The position numbers and the translations under genes were made by a program. Below the pieces are notes generated by a model that was not told the DNA's origin, did not search any database, and worked only from the letters and a program-made list of their open reading frames with translations. 64,000 nucleotides of DNA from Tubulanus polymorphus. Taxonomy: Eukaryota; Animalia; Nemertea. Location: positions 2,790,072 to 2,854,071 of the forward strand of contig NC_134034.1 in assembly GCF_964204645.1 (NCBI RefSeq), read 5' to 3'. This document shows positions 12,175-36,497 of the stretch, piece by piece. Each line of letters starts with the position of its first letter. Position 1 is the stretch's first letter.

Positions 12175-12590
12175 GACATGAGGCAGGAATAGGTTTGTAC
12201 TGCGACAGAGTCTCATGATGTCATCAGACTCAAATCCCTGCTGAGGGAGGATGTGTCTACTAGGGCAGGGGTTTGTACTGTGACAGAGTCTCGCGATGTC
12301 ATCAGTTTTAAATCCCTGTGAGGGAGGATGTGTCTACTAGGACAGGGGTTTGTACTGTGACAGAGTCTCATGATGTCATCGGGTTCAAATCCCTGCTGAG
12401 GGAGGATGTGTCTACTAGGACAGGGGTTTGTACTGTGACAGAGTCTCATGATGTCATCGGGTTCAAATCCCTGCTGAGGGAGGATGTGTCTACTAGGACA
12501 GGGGTTTGTACTGTGACAGAGACTCATGATGTCATCAGGTTCAAATCCCTGCTGAGGGAGGATGTGTCTACTAGGGGCAGGGGTTTGTAC
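12175..12590 (-). repeat. 78-bp tandem repeat, same family as 3207-3472
   Basis: About 5 copies; 26-aa periodicity in the spurious ORFs over it. Confidence 0.95.
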
Positions 12591-14274
12591 TTTGAGATCA
12601 GGTTTTTAAGATGACTTACTGGTGAATTGATGGGTTTGAGACGCGAGTAAATTTGGAAGCAGTTAAAGACTCGGAGATATCAGATTTCATGATTTCAACC
12701 ATTGAGGATCGTCGCTGTCCGGGCGAGTTCTATTCAAACACAGCTGGAAATAGAAAACATAAACCTCAAATAGAGCAGCACGGAATCAATCTCTACCACC
12801 AGATTATAAGTTTAATAATTATCATAATAATAATAGTAATAATAATGATTATTTATTTTCTTGATATAGCGCAATATCTACGCGGTAATCTCTGCACTTA
12901 GAAGATTAGAAAATAGAAAATTCCCAGGGAGATAATGCGTAACATTTAAGATAACAAAAATTGTCGATTAGTTACAAAAGTCCAATGACTCTATACAGAA
13001 TCTAAAAGATTTTTAAAATAATCGTCACTTTTATCTTATCATTCCCCTGACTATTCCCCGACATTTTTTACCCGATTCGATCTGCTAAGAATTCAATCAA
13101 TTAACACAGTCAAATACATAAAACATACACGGAAACTGTTTGATTTTAAGCGCGATCTAGCGATCTCAACAACAAATTTCCACGACTAATTTTCTCCGAT
13201 TTTTAGCTTTTTCTACAAAATTCCGCTGACTATTCCCTGACTTTCAAATAAAGGCGATTTCTAGGTAACCAAACTGCGCGACCAATTTCCTAGGACCAAT
13301 CTATCATGTTCTAGGCAATGCCCTACTATGGTTCCCGTAAAACCAAGTTTTAAGACCTGGGGCCGGTTGCATAGTCACGCCTTAGACTTAAGACCAGTCT
13401 AAGACCGACTTAGTTCTATAGCCTGTCTAATAACTTAAGAACAGTGTTAAGATTTAAGACCACTTTCGAACAAAAGTCACGACTGTGCAACCAGCCCCCT
13501 GTCCTAATTTCTCAAATTGGTTAGGTGCCTAAAATTAGCCCGGTCTTATCTTAAGTCTTGTTTGTAGAACCGGACCGATGTGAACTCATTCCCGCCTAAA
13601 CCGTGGAACTAAGCCGAAATCGAAAAACGCTTTTCAAGAACTTCTGCTTAAATCATACCTCGATAAACCGCCGAAATCCGAACTAGTCCTGCGCGCGAGA
13701 ACAAAATCGACAACAACACCGCGACGCCCTTCACACGAGACTGGTCCCTCGTCGTCGCGAGGCTCACGAGATTAAAACCTCTTTTTTGCAAAAGACTCTG
13801 ATTTCCTTTGTCGAACGCAGCCTGCGCGCACACGCACGCGCCGATAAAAATAGTCGATCGCGTTCATTGTGTCGGTCATCTCTATAGAATCGAGCACACA
13901 CCGACGCACGCGGGGACTATGTCACGAGTCGGCTCTCCTCGCGAGGTACCACCTGCCCTATTGTTCGCGACGCGCGCCCGAATACCGGTAAATCGCGTTT
14001 CCGACCTATGTAACAATCGCGGGCCCATCGGAATTTCGAAAAACCATTCAAACCTATGTTGTCGGTAAACTTTTGTTGAATATACCTTAACGGATCAGAC
14101 AAGCGGTTAATGGATTCGTTTTATTCATCTCGGGTGGGGCCTCCCCGAGAACGCGGTCTATTGTGTTGACATCCATCTATACAGCGTCTGTGAACATCTG
14201 GTCCAGGGTTCGTACCGTCGCCAGTTCAGATTCAGATCGAAGATGAATCCATGGTAACCGAACGAATTTTTGAC

Positions 14275-14837
14275 TAATTGAAAATGACTTTACCTTAATC
14301 ATAAAAATTAAATCTTAAATAATTGAAAATTACCTAATTTTAACCATAGAATTAAATTTCAACTAATTGATAGAGTCCTTAAATTTGACCTAAGAATCAA
14401 ATTCTAACTAATTGAAAATGACTTTATCTTAACTCATAAAAATTAAATCTTAAATAACTTAAAATGACCTGATTTTAACCAAAGAATGGAATTCTAACTA
14501 ATTGAAAATGACCTACTTTTCTTTGACCATAGAATTTTGAGCTATTTGAAAATGACCTAATCTTAACCATAGAATTAAATTTTAGCTAATTGAAAGTGAC
14601 CTAATTTTAACCATAGAATCAAATTTCAACTAATTGATAGTGTCCTTGATTCAACCAAAGAATCAAATCTAACTAATTGAAAATGACCTAATTTCAACCA
14701 CGTAGAATCAAATTTTAACCAATTGAAAATGAACTAATTTTAACCATAGAATTAAATTTCGACTAATCGAAAATGACTTATTTTAACCATTGAATTAAAT
14801 TTTGACCAATAATTGGATATAACCTAATTTCAACCAT
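14275..14837. repeat. AT-rich ~45-bp degenerate tandem repeat
   Basis: Recurring AATTGAAAATGACCTAATTTTAACCATAGAATTAAATTT. Confidence 0.9.
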
Positions 14838-15198
14838 TTTTGGAAATACAGAACCAGCTTATGAATTTAAACTTTTTACTGTTTCAATTAAACATTTTCA
14901 TTTTCCCATAAAACATCAGATGGCAACCTGACATTTCAGATTCGTCAATTTTTTTCCCAATTCTTTTTACATTTTTCCATAAAGCCGACCGCAATTCTTC
15001 GCAATTTTTCCCACCGATCTGCGACCCCCGTATTAAAACTGACGCATCCGATGGACGGAGAATGAACATTTCATTTTCGGCGCTGCTTTTCTGTCGCCGG
15101 CACGAGAACATCTTCCGAAAAGCTTATGATTCTTTTCTCATTCAATATTCATACGTAGTTTGAGCATAAAACGTTAATATGACAAAGCCTGCGCATAC

Positions 15199-15259
<61 letters not shown>

Positions 15260-15454
15260 TATATATATTTATATACATAGCCAACTCATCAATAATGCAT
15301 GACATAGCCTATTCCCTATGTTACCATGGTTATCGATAGTTTCGCCATACTCCACGGAGGAGTCTGCCGAGCTATGAGTGAGAATGCTATTTATAGGCAT
15401 AGCGCGCGTTATAATTGTACTATGCGCATTAGTGTTTCTAAACTAAAGCGAGAG

Positions 15455-15526
<72 letters not shown>

Positions 15527-15601
15527 GGGAGGGAGGGAGGGAGGGGGAGGGAGGGAGGGGGAGGGAGGGGAGAGCGAGAGAGAGAGAGAGAGAGAGAGAG
15601 A
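15199..15601. repeat. (TA)n and (GA)n/(GGGA)n microsatellites
   Basis: TA run at ~15199-15275; GA run at ~15450-15601. Confidence 0.95.
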
Positions 15602-18429
15602 CCCATCTGTTCTCTGAATTGGCCGCAGGTCAAACCGGTCTGGATCGGACCCGGGAGTCAAATTTGGCCCACGCCTAATTCAGGGTCCCTAAACATCAGT
15701 CATTCCTGGATATTAGGAGTTTCAAGGGACTAAATTTCAAATTTCGCGGAAGCGTCTGCCTCACTTTCAATCTCAATTACAGTAAACTCCTGAATAAATC
15801 AGGCCTGTTTATTTCCAGTAATTCAGTGGTTAAAGTACCGGTGAATTTTTAGTCTTTACACTACTAAACCCAGATTCGGCAATTGCCTAATTGGGTTAAA
15901 ACAAATCCCGGTATTCCCGTATTGAATTAGGCGTAGTCTAAGGTACAACTTCTAAAGCATCTAATTGCCTATTTCTCAAAATTGAAAGGGTTTAAAAGGG
16001 GTTTCGGACATTTCGCTCAAATAACAGGACTGGGTTTCATAGAGTTGGAAGAATGATAGTCCCTGGGAACAGTTTGAAATTTGTCAGTTATAACCATGGT
16101 TTCTCATTGTTACTATGGTGGTTGTCACCCAAATTGAGGATTAACCCCTAGGGATAACTTTGATGCTCAGTCTATGAAACCGGGCCCAGGAGTTTCAAGC
16201 ACATTTAAACGCATTTTCTGTTAAGGAGTTTTCAAGGAATCAGGAGTTAGAGGGAAATCTGTTATAAGATAGCGTGTCAACTTATGTAAACCACTCACTC
16301 GACACTAGACAAAGCTAAGTGAGTCACTTCCAGAATCAGTCGCAATTCACGCGCAATCTGACCAGTATTCGAATTCGGTATGGGGGGCCTGTCGTCCGAC
16401 ATTTTTGTCGGGCCAAATTTGACCCGAAATAACAAACCGGAAACAACCCAATTAGCACGACCAGCGCGAACAGTTGACCCGGGCCTGAAATGACGTCGAA
16501 AACTGTGACACAGATCGATCAAATAAGATTTTTGAAAAATTTAATTTGCGTAAAGAAAACTTTCAAAATTTGAGTGATTAATGAAATCAGATTGAAACGA
16601 TTGAGTTTGACTCTATCCTCATAGAAAACACAACCAATTTTTTGTTGTTGCTTCTTTAATAACTAAGAATTTCAAAGATTAAGACGTTTAGGCCTATGTT
16701 TGAATTGTTGTCCTCGTCGAAAACCAGAAGCAAACGAAAAAGTTTGTGAAAATTTTTGGAAATCTTGACAAAGTTTTACATTTTTCATTACAATCAGGGC
16801 CTGCATGTGCGGAAAAAAACCCCATTTCTTTATCAAATTAAAATTGCGACAAAGAACTTTAATGAACGAGCGACAAAAGTTTAAAACGGATAAGTTTGAA
16901 TTTTTGTCGAGCATCGAAAAAAACTCGAAATAAATTCGAACGAATTTTCGAAAACCTATTTCTAAAAATTGAAAAAAGTTTCAACTTTTTCTAATCGAAA
17001 ACCGTGCCGGCCGCGCCCGCGAGGAAGGAAAACCCGTTCGTTCGGTCGAGCTGCGAACCCGGAAATAATTTCGTCGACGACAAAGAAACTTAATTCGTAA
17101 ATAACTCGCGCGCGCTCGAAATACTCTACGCTCCATTGTCAGAGCGCGCGCCGTCTGCTTCAACTGTATATAGCTCGTACATATATAGCCGAGTCATCGA
17201 GTTAGTTAGGCTCTACTCAAATAATTTCTATGCCGTCACGTTATACACCGCGCATGCCGAACAGGCCGTAGTAGTCGTAGCCTATTGTTTACAAGCCGGA
17301 GCGCGGACTCGAAACTACGACCCCGATCGACAAAGAAAGGAAAAAATATTCGCGCGTCGAATTCAATAGGGCTTCATTGTTCCGTCGGTAGCGCGGCGGA
17401 CAGAATTATCGATTTTTTTTTTTCGATCTATTTAAGTCGTCGCCCGATCTCATACAGATAAAAATCCGTCGCCGAATTCCGGCCGTTCGAAAAATGTAGC
17501 CGCGGCGACATCCGATAAGAGGATGCTGCGAGATGGACGATGGACCGCATCCCGGAATATTCGTCGCCGCGCGTAACAAAAAAAATCACAAAGGCATAAA
17601 TTATGAAAATTTAAGCACTATGTCCATAGATTCGTTCTGAAATAAAGGATGCTGCGTTCTGCTGCATCCGAGCTGCATTACTTCATCCCGCTTATCTTCT
17701 CCATCCATACTCGCTGCAGTCTATGAACCCATCCCATAGGCGCAAATTTTAGTTTAACAGATTCACGTGTTCCTTACCTGTAAAGGGCTGTTTTAAAAAG
17801 TATCCTTATTCGTCATCGTCATCATCCAGCAGCAGCAGCATCGTTCATCTCCAGCATCCCTGGCTGGATGCATTCGACGCAGCTGTCAAACCCGCCGCCC
17901 CATCTACCGGCCAATACCCGAACTAGGCAGTGATAATAAAGAAATCGGAATAAAAGAATTAGTTTGATTTCCTTTTGATAAATCTCTTACTTAATCATGA
18001 TCTTAGATATTGTCCAATTAATTACATTCAGATAATTTATTAATCGCCGCGGTGCTAAATGGGAGGGAATGAACTACTATAGGTTTTCTGGCTGAAAATA
18101 AACCTCTGTTTTTCGGGCTGATTTACCACAAGCAAACCACTCATTTTCCGTCGGTTTTCAGCGGGAAAATTGTTTAAAAATGAATAAGAAAAACCCTCAT
18201 TAACGGACGCCGGAGACCCAACCAATATTGTTTGGAAATAAAATTTAATTGATTAAATTGAATTTTGGTCCGGTTCCGGATTCCAGATCCGGACCGAACC
18301 CGGAAATGATATTTGACAGTTCACATTTTTTGAGTTTTTTCTTCAATTTTTACCGAATTTCTTCTCGATTTCACCGTTTTATAACCGCAAACTGCCGGCC
18401 GAAATCGACGATCGAATCGAAAGAGATGA

Positions 18430-28248
<9,819 letters not shown>

Positions 28249-30224
28249 CCTGAATTATTCCATGACTCTGTCAATGCTACTGTGGCAATAGAGGATTCCA
28301 CTTGTGGCAAGTGAGGATACACCAGGTGTCGCTAGTGTGCAGTAGGACATGAACTACTGCAGCAATAGTGGATTCCACGTGTGGCATGTGAGTATCCACC
28401 AGGTGTCACTAACTGCGGCAATAGAGGATTCCACTTGTGGCAAGTGAGGATCCGCCAGGTGTCGCTAGTGTGCTGTATCGTGCCACTATTAGTAAACTTT
28501 CCTGCGAAGTAAATAAATTATCAATGCAAGCTTTATCAAACCCTGAGAGCAGTAGTAGACTGAATCGTAATGTCTTTCGGTGGGTTAAAGGATTGACTTC
28601 AATCAGGTACCATGGCACACGCCAGATGGTGAAACATGTAGTAGCAATTCTTTGAACTGGACATTTAGGCTCCCGAAGAGAAATGTTTTCAAACAAGTCA
28701 TCACAAAGATATGAGATTGATGTATTGTTCCCAATGAGTGCATGGTAAAGTCGTACTGTAAATTGAGATAAATTCATTCGAATTTAATTGAAATGTAGAA
28801 GAAATTGAAGCGCGGTAACCGAGTAACCACTATTGACACGTGGTGGATTCTCACCTGCCATAAGTGGAAGCCTCAATTGCCGCAGTAGCGATGCCGGTAT
28901 CCCTCGGATTGTCGATTACAGCAGTAGTAGTAGCATTGTCAGTAAGAGAACAAAAAGTTGTATATTTTATGTCTGAATATTTGTGTATATGTTTCATTGG
29001 AATGAGGATGATTTGTTCAGATGATAATATAAAAGAAAAAATCAGACCAAATGCAATTTGTGTTATTTTCATTACCCGGTATGTAGTTTTGGTCAACTCA
29101 CGGATTCAACGTTTCCCGGCTTCAAACCCTGGTCCAACAGCGTGAGCTTCAGCAGGCGGCAAGCAAACCCTGGCAAGCGAGGAATCACCCCGGTCTTTCA
29201 ATACAGATAACGAATAATGTAACATTTCTATATACAACAATGTATGGAATTCCTCAAGGGCCATACGAGTTACGTTTTACGAATTACGACTTCAATACGT
29301 TACAACTTATTTACCGTTTACTCCAGTATCAAAATTAAAGAAAAAAATTGTTTTCAGATTATGACGCCGTGACGGGTAAAGAAGTATTTGGCAGAATTTC
29401 AGAGGATCGGTGCTATATGTCTCCCCACTATTGACAGACCCCGGGCCTGTAGGCCTACTGTTTTTAAAATCGCGATCAATTTTACCATAACCTTATGAAA
29501 GACCCGGCAGGAACTGATTACAAATGTTATTACATCTAACAAAAATGACCCGGCCGCTGCGAAGAAACGGAGTATCATTTTTGTTTAGCCTTGAACTTGG
29601 AACTATCTATGTCTCCACTTCGGGGAAGCTATGCATTTGTGAGAAATAAAGCTAGAGGTTTTCATCAATAAATGTCAACGTTTTTATTCTTCGATTTCAA
29701 TAAATTATTCTAAAATTTAAGACAAAAAAAAGACAGACGGTGGCTAAATTAGAAGAGGGAGCTGTTGGGAATCAAGTAATTTATTTTTATGGCCTTATTA
29801 AAGTTCCACGATTGTTCAGCTGGCTACTGGCGCGTGTTCAACCCGGCAGTTAAACCTTCGATAACTCCATTCAACAATAAAGAGACACAATTGCGGTTTA
29901 TCAGAGTTTGTTGATATCATTCACACGCGCTATTGATCACAATTGGAATACGTCACCGGCTGACCACAGTGTGTAAGCATAGGCGAGCTCATTCACCTCC
30001 GCTCTCTCACACTGTTCAGACATGCTTCCGTGGATTCTCCTGGCGATCTTCGCTGCGCTCCTGTCCCTGCTTCCTGAGGAACGACGTCTTTATGTTTTAT
30101 GTGTTACTGTTCGTCTCTGTGCTGTCCTGTACTGTTCCGTGTTTATTAATCCGTTCTATTTTTCAGGTTTTAACCAGTTTTATTTTTCAGGGCCGATTTC
30201 TCTGTCGAATTTCAACGTTTGCTG

Positions 30225-30999
30225 GAACAAAACTAATGTCCGAAAGCGTCGGCTCTCCTTTGCCGGTCACGTGTCGAGGATGTCAGACAAAGAGTTGGTC
30301 AGGAAATGGCTGCCCTCTACACGCCCTCGTACGGAACACGAAAACCAGGATGACGAGGCCTCACTGCCCCCATCTATCTACAAAGTGTGCTGAGTGATGT
30401 CAATGACGGGCATATCTGTGGGATTGCGCGGGATACAAATGGAGTGGTTATACTGGACTGTCACGCCACTAGTATTCATTGGTCCTTGTGACCACTCGGA
30501 TGAGGGATGATTCTACTGTCACGCCCTTTGTTTCTGGTATTCTGAGTCGGCTGAGGGATGATTCTACTGTCACGCCCTTTGATTTCTAGTTTGAGTGCTA
30601 GATTTCATTGTGTCCTTGTGACAACCTCAGGCAGAGATGAAGTCTCTTGTCGGCTTGTGAGTGCTAGTTTCATTGTGTCCTTGTGACAACCTCGGTCAGT
30701 GGATGAAGTCTCTTGTCACGCCTTTGAGTGCTAGTTGAGATCCTGAATCTCAACCCGGGCAAGCTGGTTGTACTGCGCTATTTGTGTTTCGAGCAATTTT
30801 ACAGGTGTGTCAGTCACAGACGTCGGCCAGTACATCCTGCAGTTAGATGGGGAATGCGAGGCGTTGTCATTCTGGTTTTCGTGTTCTGTGTGAGGGCGTG
30901 TAGAGGGCAGTATATTCCTGGCTGGCTCATTGTCTCGTGTTCTCGGCATGTGACCAGCGACGGAGAGCTGAAAAGCTTTCGGACATTAGTTTTGTTCTG
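30225..30999. mobile_element. Two inverted remnants of an RTE-like LINE 3' end
   Basis: 30225-30395 (+) and ~30825-30999 (-) are diverged reverse complements; translation VRKRRLSFAGHVSRM resembles the RTE-clade RRLxWxGHVxRM motif. Confidence 0.6.
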
Positions 31000-32039
31000 T
31001 ACCAGGTTTTCATCGCTCTTCTCTTTTTTTTCATTTCAGGTCTCCCAAGATGAAGAAGAAGATGCTGAAGGTGACTACAATGAAGACGATGCCGAAAAAG
31101 ATCACTGAACTCGGCAATATTGAAAGTTAAGTTGATACACATGTAAATTACGATGCGTGATACGGAAAGGATTGTGTAACTACAGAATATCGTTCTTTTA
31201 CTCATTTCAGGTTAATCCAGAAAGTCCCATCTAAAATCTGCCCACCAGAAGTGCAAGACTCCACCTTAAAGTACCACCAAACACCGACAGACCTGCCGCA
31301 ACCGAACCTGGTAGTCTTGACCTCATCCTGCATGGCAACAGGAATGCATACATACATAAAGCTAAGTTGATTTTTAATATCTGGGGTAGAATGCATAGGG
31401 ACTGGAGAGGATAGAGACGCTGGTCAAGCTCACCATCTCCGCACTACTTTATTGAAGGTCTGTGGCCGGTAGTAAATTGAAATATAGCTAGGCAACGTTC
31501 TTAAACTACAGTGGAAAAAGGGATCAGTCAACCCTGTTATGAAAAACGCTTTACATAGTAGAATCTCAAAGCTCTTTTCAAGACGTAAAATCATTTTAAA
31601 CTTGACAAAAGCGTCTTCTGAATAAAAGTGTTTAAACGCCATGATGAAAAGCATTCAATATTTCGGTGTTCATTCAAAAGTATGCCTACATTCATATTGC
31701 AGTAGAACCTCGTTACAGCGAACTTCACGGGACCAAAAACCCTCGTTCGTTATAATCGATAGTAACGTTATATCCGGTAGGAAACTATTTTAATTGTCTT
31801 ACATGGGACGAGAGATTCTATATTTGTTATATCCGATGAATCGAGTGTATCAGAGAGGCGTCATATTTTTCATTTCGTTCTCGCCTGTTGACAGATTACT
31901 AGAATACATTGTAATAATATATACATATAATCCATGCCTAGTTACTACTAATTAGTTGAAACAGTTACCAATTCAGAATTTGAATTCGGTCATATTTCAT
32001 CATAAAAAAATTGTCACATGCGATCGTCATGTGCAACGC

Positions 32040-33270
32040 AGTAATAGGGAATATGGGGGTTCATATCAAAGGTCGAAGGGTCGAGCCCACTCTCCCCTTC
32101 AACCTTTGATATAAACCCCCATATTCCCTATTACTTCTAATGATTTCATATAAATGAACATTATTTACATGAATTTCATATGTTTTAAAATAAATTATAA
32201 ATCATTTTTATATTAATTATAAAAGTGTGAGTAAAGGGTGAGTCAAGTGTGAAATAAAATAGAAATTAACGAGTCGATTAAAATTAGATTTTTCAAATAG
32301 ATTTAACAAGAAATTAAATAACTTTAACTGTTAGTATCACTATTGTTTCATTTTGATATTTTTCTATTTGAATAAACCAACTAACTAATATCACTTTTTC
32401 ATCAGGATTGAATCTTTTTTTTAATTTGAACTGCAATATCTTTAAATGATTTTTCATTATCTAAATCACATTTAATACCAATATTTGATGAATTTTCATT
32501 GTAAATAATTTTGTTTATTATCAAAATTTAAATAATATAGTCTTTTTTCAATTCTTAAGTTAATCAAATCATTGTAATCTTTAGAAAGTATTAAATCACT
32601 TTTTCTTTCATTAAAAGGAGTTTCAAGAATATTTATTATGTTTTCATCTAAATTACCTTTACAATTTAAAACTGTATTAAATATTTTAGGATTTTTAGCA
32701 CCATTATCAAAAGTATCTACTAGTTCAGTAATTAAATGTTTCATTTGATATCATTTGATTAATTACAGTAATATTATCAATTTTATAGTGTCTTACGTAC
32801 ACTAAATTTGTTGCTGAGATATAATTTTTAATGTTTAACTGTGAAAATAATTTATTGGTTTCATTGATTTCGATTTTGAATTTGGGTTCTTCTTCTGTCT
32901 TCATTTTTATAACAAAATATTTATCAAAATGAATCTAACTCATACAATTATTCAATGTTTAAAATATGAATTATTTCAATCACACTTTACTCACACTTTT
33001 ATGTTAAAAAATCTAATTTTAATCAATTCGTTAATTACTCGTTAATTGCTATTCTATTTCACACTTTACTCACCCTTTACTCACACTTTTATAATTACTA
33101 GAAAAATGATTTATAATTTATTTTGAAATATATGAAATTCATGTAAATAATGTTCATTTATATGAAATTATTAGAAGTAATAGGGAATATGGGGGTTTAT
33201 ATCAAAGGTTGAGGGGAGTGTGAGCTCGACCCTTTGACCTTTGATATGAACCCCCATATTCCCTATTACT
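32040..33270. mobile_element. Non-autonomous Polinton/Maverick-like element with ~250-bp TIRs and hairpin termini
   Basis: 5'-AGTAATAG...CTATTACT-3' ends; TIRs at ~32040-32293 and ~33006-33270; 6-bp TSD CAACGC/CAATGC; very AT-rich interior with a decayed ORF on the minus strand (32496-32744 and flanks). Confidence 0.7.
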
Positions 33271-34239
33271 CAATGCGACATAAGGCTGAATTAGCTCATT
33301 CAACTACTAGGCCACGAAGTTAAACCTCCCATGATTATTCTCGTCATAACAGCTGGTACTGTCGGCCTGAAATTGTTATAGTTAAATGTTCAACCCGTTG
33401 GCGAATTAGATTTATATTAAATCGGTTGCATTTTCAACCGAATTCAGTAGGAATCATGTCACAATGTGCGAATTTAGGGCAATAAGATTAGTTGAAAAAT
33501 CTATAAAAACGAACTTTTACTGTCACTAAGATCATTGCTTGCAAGTCTCGTCTGCAATACGTGATAAGGTACGTACATTCTTTAGTGGGTTGAATCGTTT
33601 CGCTGGCCTCGTGTCGAACCATCGGTTATACAATTTTATCTGATATACCATCAAAATCGGCGTCTTTTGAATTTTCATTTGTGCTAAATCGGTACGGATC
33701 AAACCGCTAATTACTTAATTACTCGGGTTAATTAATCGCTGAATGTGGTTTTGCCTCTTTTTTCTTTTTGGCAGACCGTCGATAATCCATACACGAACGA
33801 TTTCCTATATTTGTAGAATATAGGAAGTCAATTAAATTGTTACATTAAAGGCAATCAATTATGAACAGTGGAACGTGTTGACTCTCTTTTCACTTATCAG
33901 AAAAAGAGCGACACAAATTTCAAAATCTAGTTCCGCAGTTGTGTGAGTTAATTTGGTTCTGGATCCAGTTTCACAGTTGTATGTATGGGTTTAATTTGAC
34001 TAAGAAATTTACGGTCCAAATAGAACCGAGTTTGGCGAAGTCAACTTTTGTTTTACTTTTTCAACGTTTCTACCTTTGGCCTGAAAAACCACATTACCGA
34101 TTACATACAAGTGTGCGTGTGTGCGGTTGTGTGTGCGGTTACGTGTGCGCGTGTGTGTGCGGTTGTGTGCGTGAGTAAAGTCTTCGCCTATTCCAGATTT
34201 CACTGTATAAAAGCTGAATATACATTGTTTCATTTCAGG

Positions 34240-34941
34240 ATGTTCGCTAAAACTCTGCTCATAACCTTGGCCTTGTTTATGGTCGTTGGAGCTATGGCAG
34301 CAAATGAAGGTAATTCATGAGAATTGTTCCGTTCGAATGATGTTTTTTCTTTTTTTTCTTTTTCACCTTGAAATAGGGAATTAGCCCGCTTATATAATTG
34401 ATTGGTAGATTTAGCTTGATTTTTTGATATGGTGTCCCTTACAAACCCACCACACCTGCCGGGAGACGTAATTGTGAAATGGGCGAGCGGCTACTAAAAT
34501 ACATAGCTGTTCTTTGATTTGATCACAGGGTACCCGAAGCTGTTTTCTATTTGGCTCCCAGGGGTCGCTTTAAGGATGGATTAGAGCTACGGGCAAGCTC
34601 GTAGGTTAGGGTTAGTCTTACCAGTGTTAATTGTATCACAGTTGCATTAAGTATGGATGTTCTGCGGGCCAGCGGCTCCTAATATTGACATCGCTATTCT
34701 CGGAATTATTCCCCTTTAGAGACCCCGGCGAAGGGGCTAGATTAGTTAGCAAAACAGTGCGGATGTCTCTATCAGCCGACAGCCTGTGACTCAATAAATG
34801 ATCTTAATTTTAGGTGATCGATTAAGAAAGAGAGGAATTCCTTGCTATTGCCATGGCAAATTGAGTACATTTTGGTGGTTGTCCAGTGACAGTAGATGTT
34901 GCCCAGCGCGTGAAGGAAAATGCTGCCCGAACGATTTGTAA
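34240..34941 (+). CDS. Secreted six-Cys toxin/defensin-like prepropeptide, copy 1 (65 aa)
   Basis: join(34240-34309, 34814-34941) = MFAKTLLITLALFMVVGAMAANEGDRLRKR|GIPCYCHGKLSTFWWLSSDSRCCPAREGKCCPNDL*. Phase-1 intron; TATA at 33502; non-coding exon ending at 33568; AATAAA downstream. Confidence 0.9.
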
Positions 34942-35366
34942 TTTGAAACAAATAAAAGTAACCTTTCATCGCGATCAGTTGCTGCAATACCATTTTCGGA
35001 AAATGTTCTCTGAACAAAAAAAAACACTATTTGAAATGAATACAGAATAAAAAATGATAATTAGCTATCTCACGCTAAATGTTCTTTTCTCGTGTTCATT
35101 TTTGTATTCTCGCTGTCACATTTGTTTTCATATTTTCTTTTTTAATGGGAAAAATATCGTCGGCCAACCTGAACACTACACCTCTGTGGTGAAAGTCCTT
35201 GGCTCACAACATGTTGCAGCAAATCATAATCTGTAATGATTCAATATTTCGACGATTGTGGTGAATAAAGACAACTTGGGTTTAACACGATGAAGAACGC
35301 CAACACAACGTGACACTTTTTTACATATAGATTTTATGTGATCATCCCATGACAGTTTTTCATCTA

Positions 35367-35632
35367 TTAAAACCCCCAAAAATTGGTAGTGTGGACACGT
35401 TCAATTTCACGATCATCGATATAAATCTTTGTATTACCAACAACAGTTTTACTTAATATAATATAATAAGTTTTACTAATATCAATTGATAACTTGTTGG
35501 CACGAAACCAAACAACAAGTTTCGAAAGTTCAGTATCGATCGTATCTATAAGGCGGTCAACGAGATGATCACTATAGAAAGCATTCCTGTCATCAGCAAA
35601 TAAGATTAACTTTAGGATATCAGATGCACGAG
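35367..35632 (-). mobile_element. CR1/L2-type LINE reverse-transcriptase fragment
   Basis: LILFADD...ELSKLVVWFRANKLSIDISKT...ERVHTTNFWG motif. Confidence 0.75.
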
Positions 35633-35644
35633 TACAGTCTATGT

Positions 35645-35925
35645 AGAGAGAATCCCACAATGATAAGAAAAAGTCCGAAAATGTAACTTCGAGGTACGGG
35701 AACGTGAGGAAGAAGAATTTTGATACGATAATTCGATCCGTGGGTAGTATGATCACGATTGATAGATCACCATATCCGTGTTGACGCAATGTAGAGTGAA
35801 TCCCACAATGATAAGAAAAAGTCCGAAAATGTAGCTTCGAGATAGTAGTTTATTTCAACGTTTCCACTATATCCTAATAGTCATCTTCAGGAATAATGAG
35901 ATACTACAAAAATTATGAGATATAT
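35645..35925 (-). mobile_element. Two tandem Penelope terminal-repeat fragments with a degenerate hammerhead (35850-35896)
   Basis: GAGAGAATCCCACAATGATAAGAAAAAGTCCGAAAATG... matches the Penelope ends at 51612 onward. Confidence 0.75.
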
Positions 35926-36497
35926 ACAGATAACGAATAATGTAACATTTCTATACAACAACGAGCTTTCGCAGAATCTGAGTAAAATGCTGGTGGAAGT
36001 AAGGTCGAGGCGCAATACCGGACCATGGCAAGCGAGGATGTTTGGAGGGAGGCATTCAAACCTTGGCAAGCGAGGATGGTATTCTCCAGTGTGAGCTTCG
36101 GCTGTACAATTCAAACCCTGGCAAGCGAGGATGGAATTTTCCAGAGTGAGCTTCGGCTAGACTGGTTGCCTGTCCCATTCAATATGGATTAGGAGGAAAT
36201 CAACTGCATAAGCGGCGATCACACGAGTGTTCACACATGTACCAAATGGGCCCAAACTAGGCCCGACCACAAACGTCGGACCAGGTCCGGGTCAAATTTT
36301 AGCACGGTACAAACGATTGCGTTTGAATTGCAACTGGTACTAGAAATGACTCACTTCGCTTTGTTTAATTAAGCATTCACTATCGAGTGAGCGATTAAGG
36401 AGTGAACGCGCTCTCTAATTAGGATCGGACTGAATTTGACTCGGGCCTAATTGCTAGATTTGTGATCTATAGCTAGGCCTATCTTAGCCGCGACACG

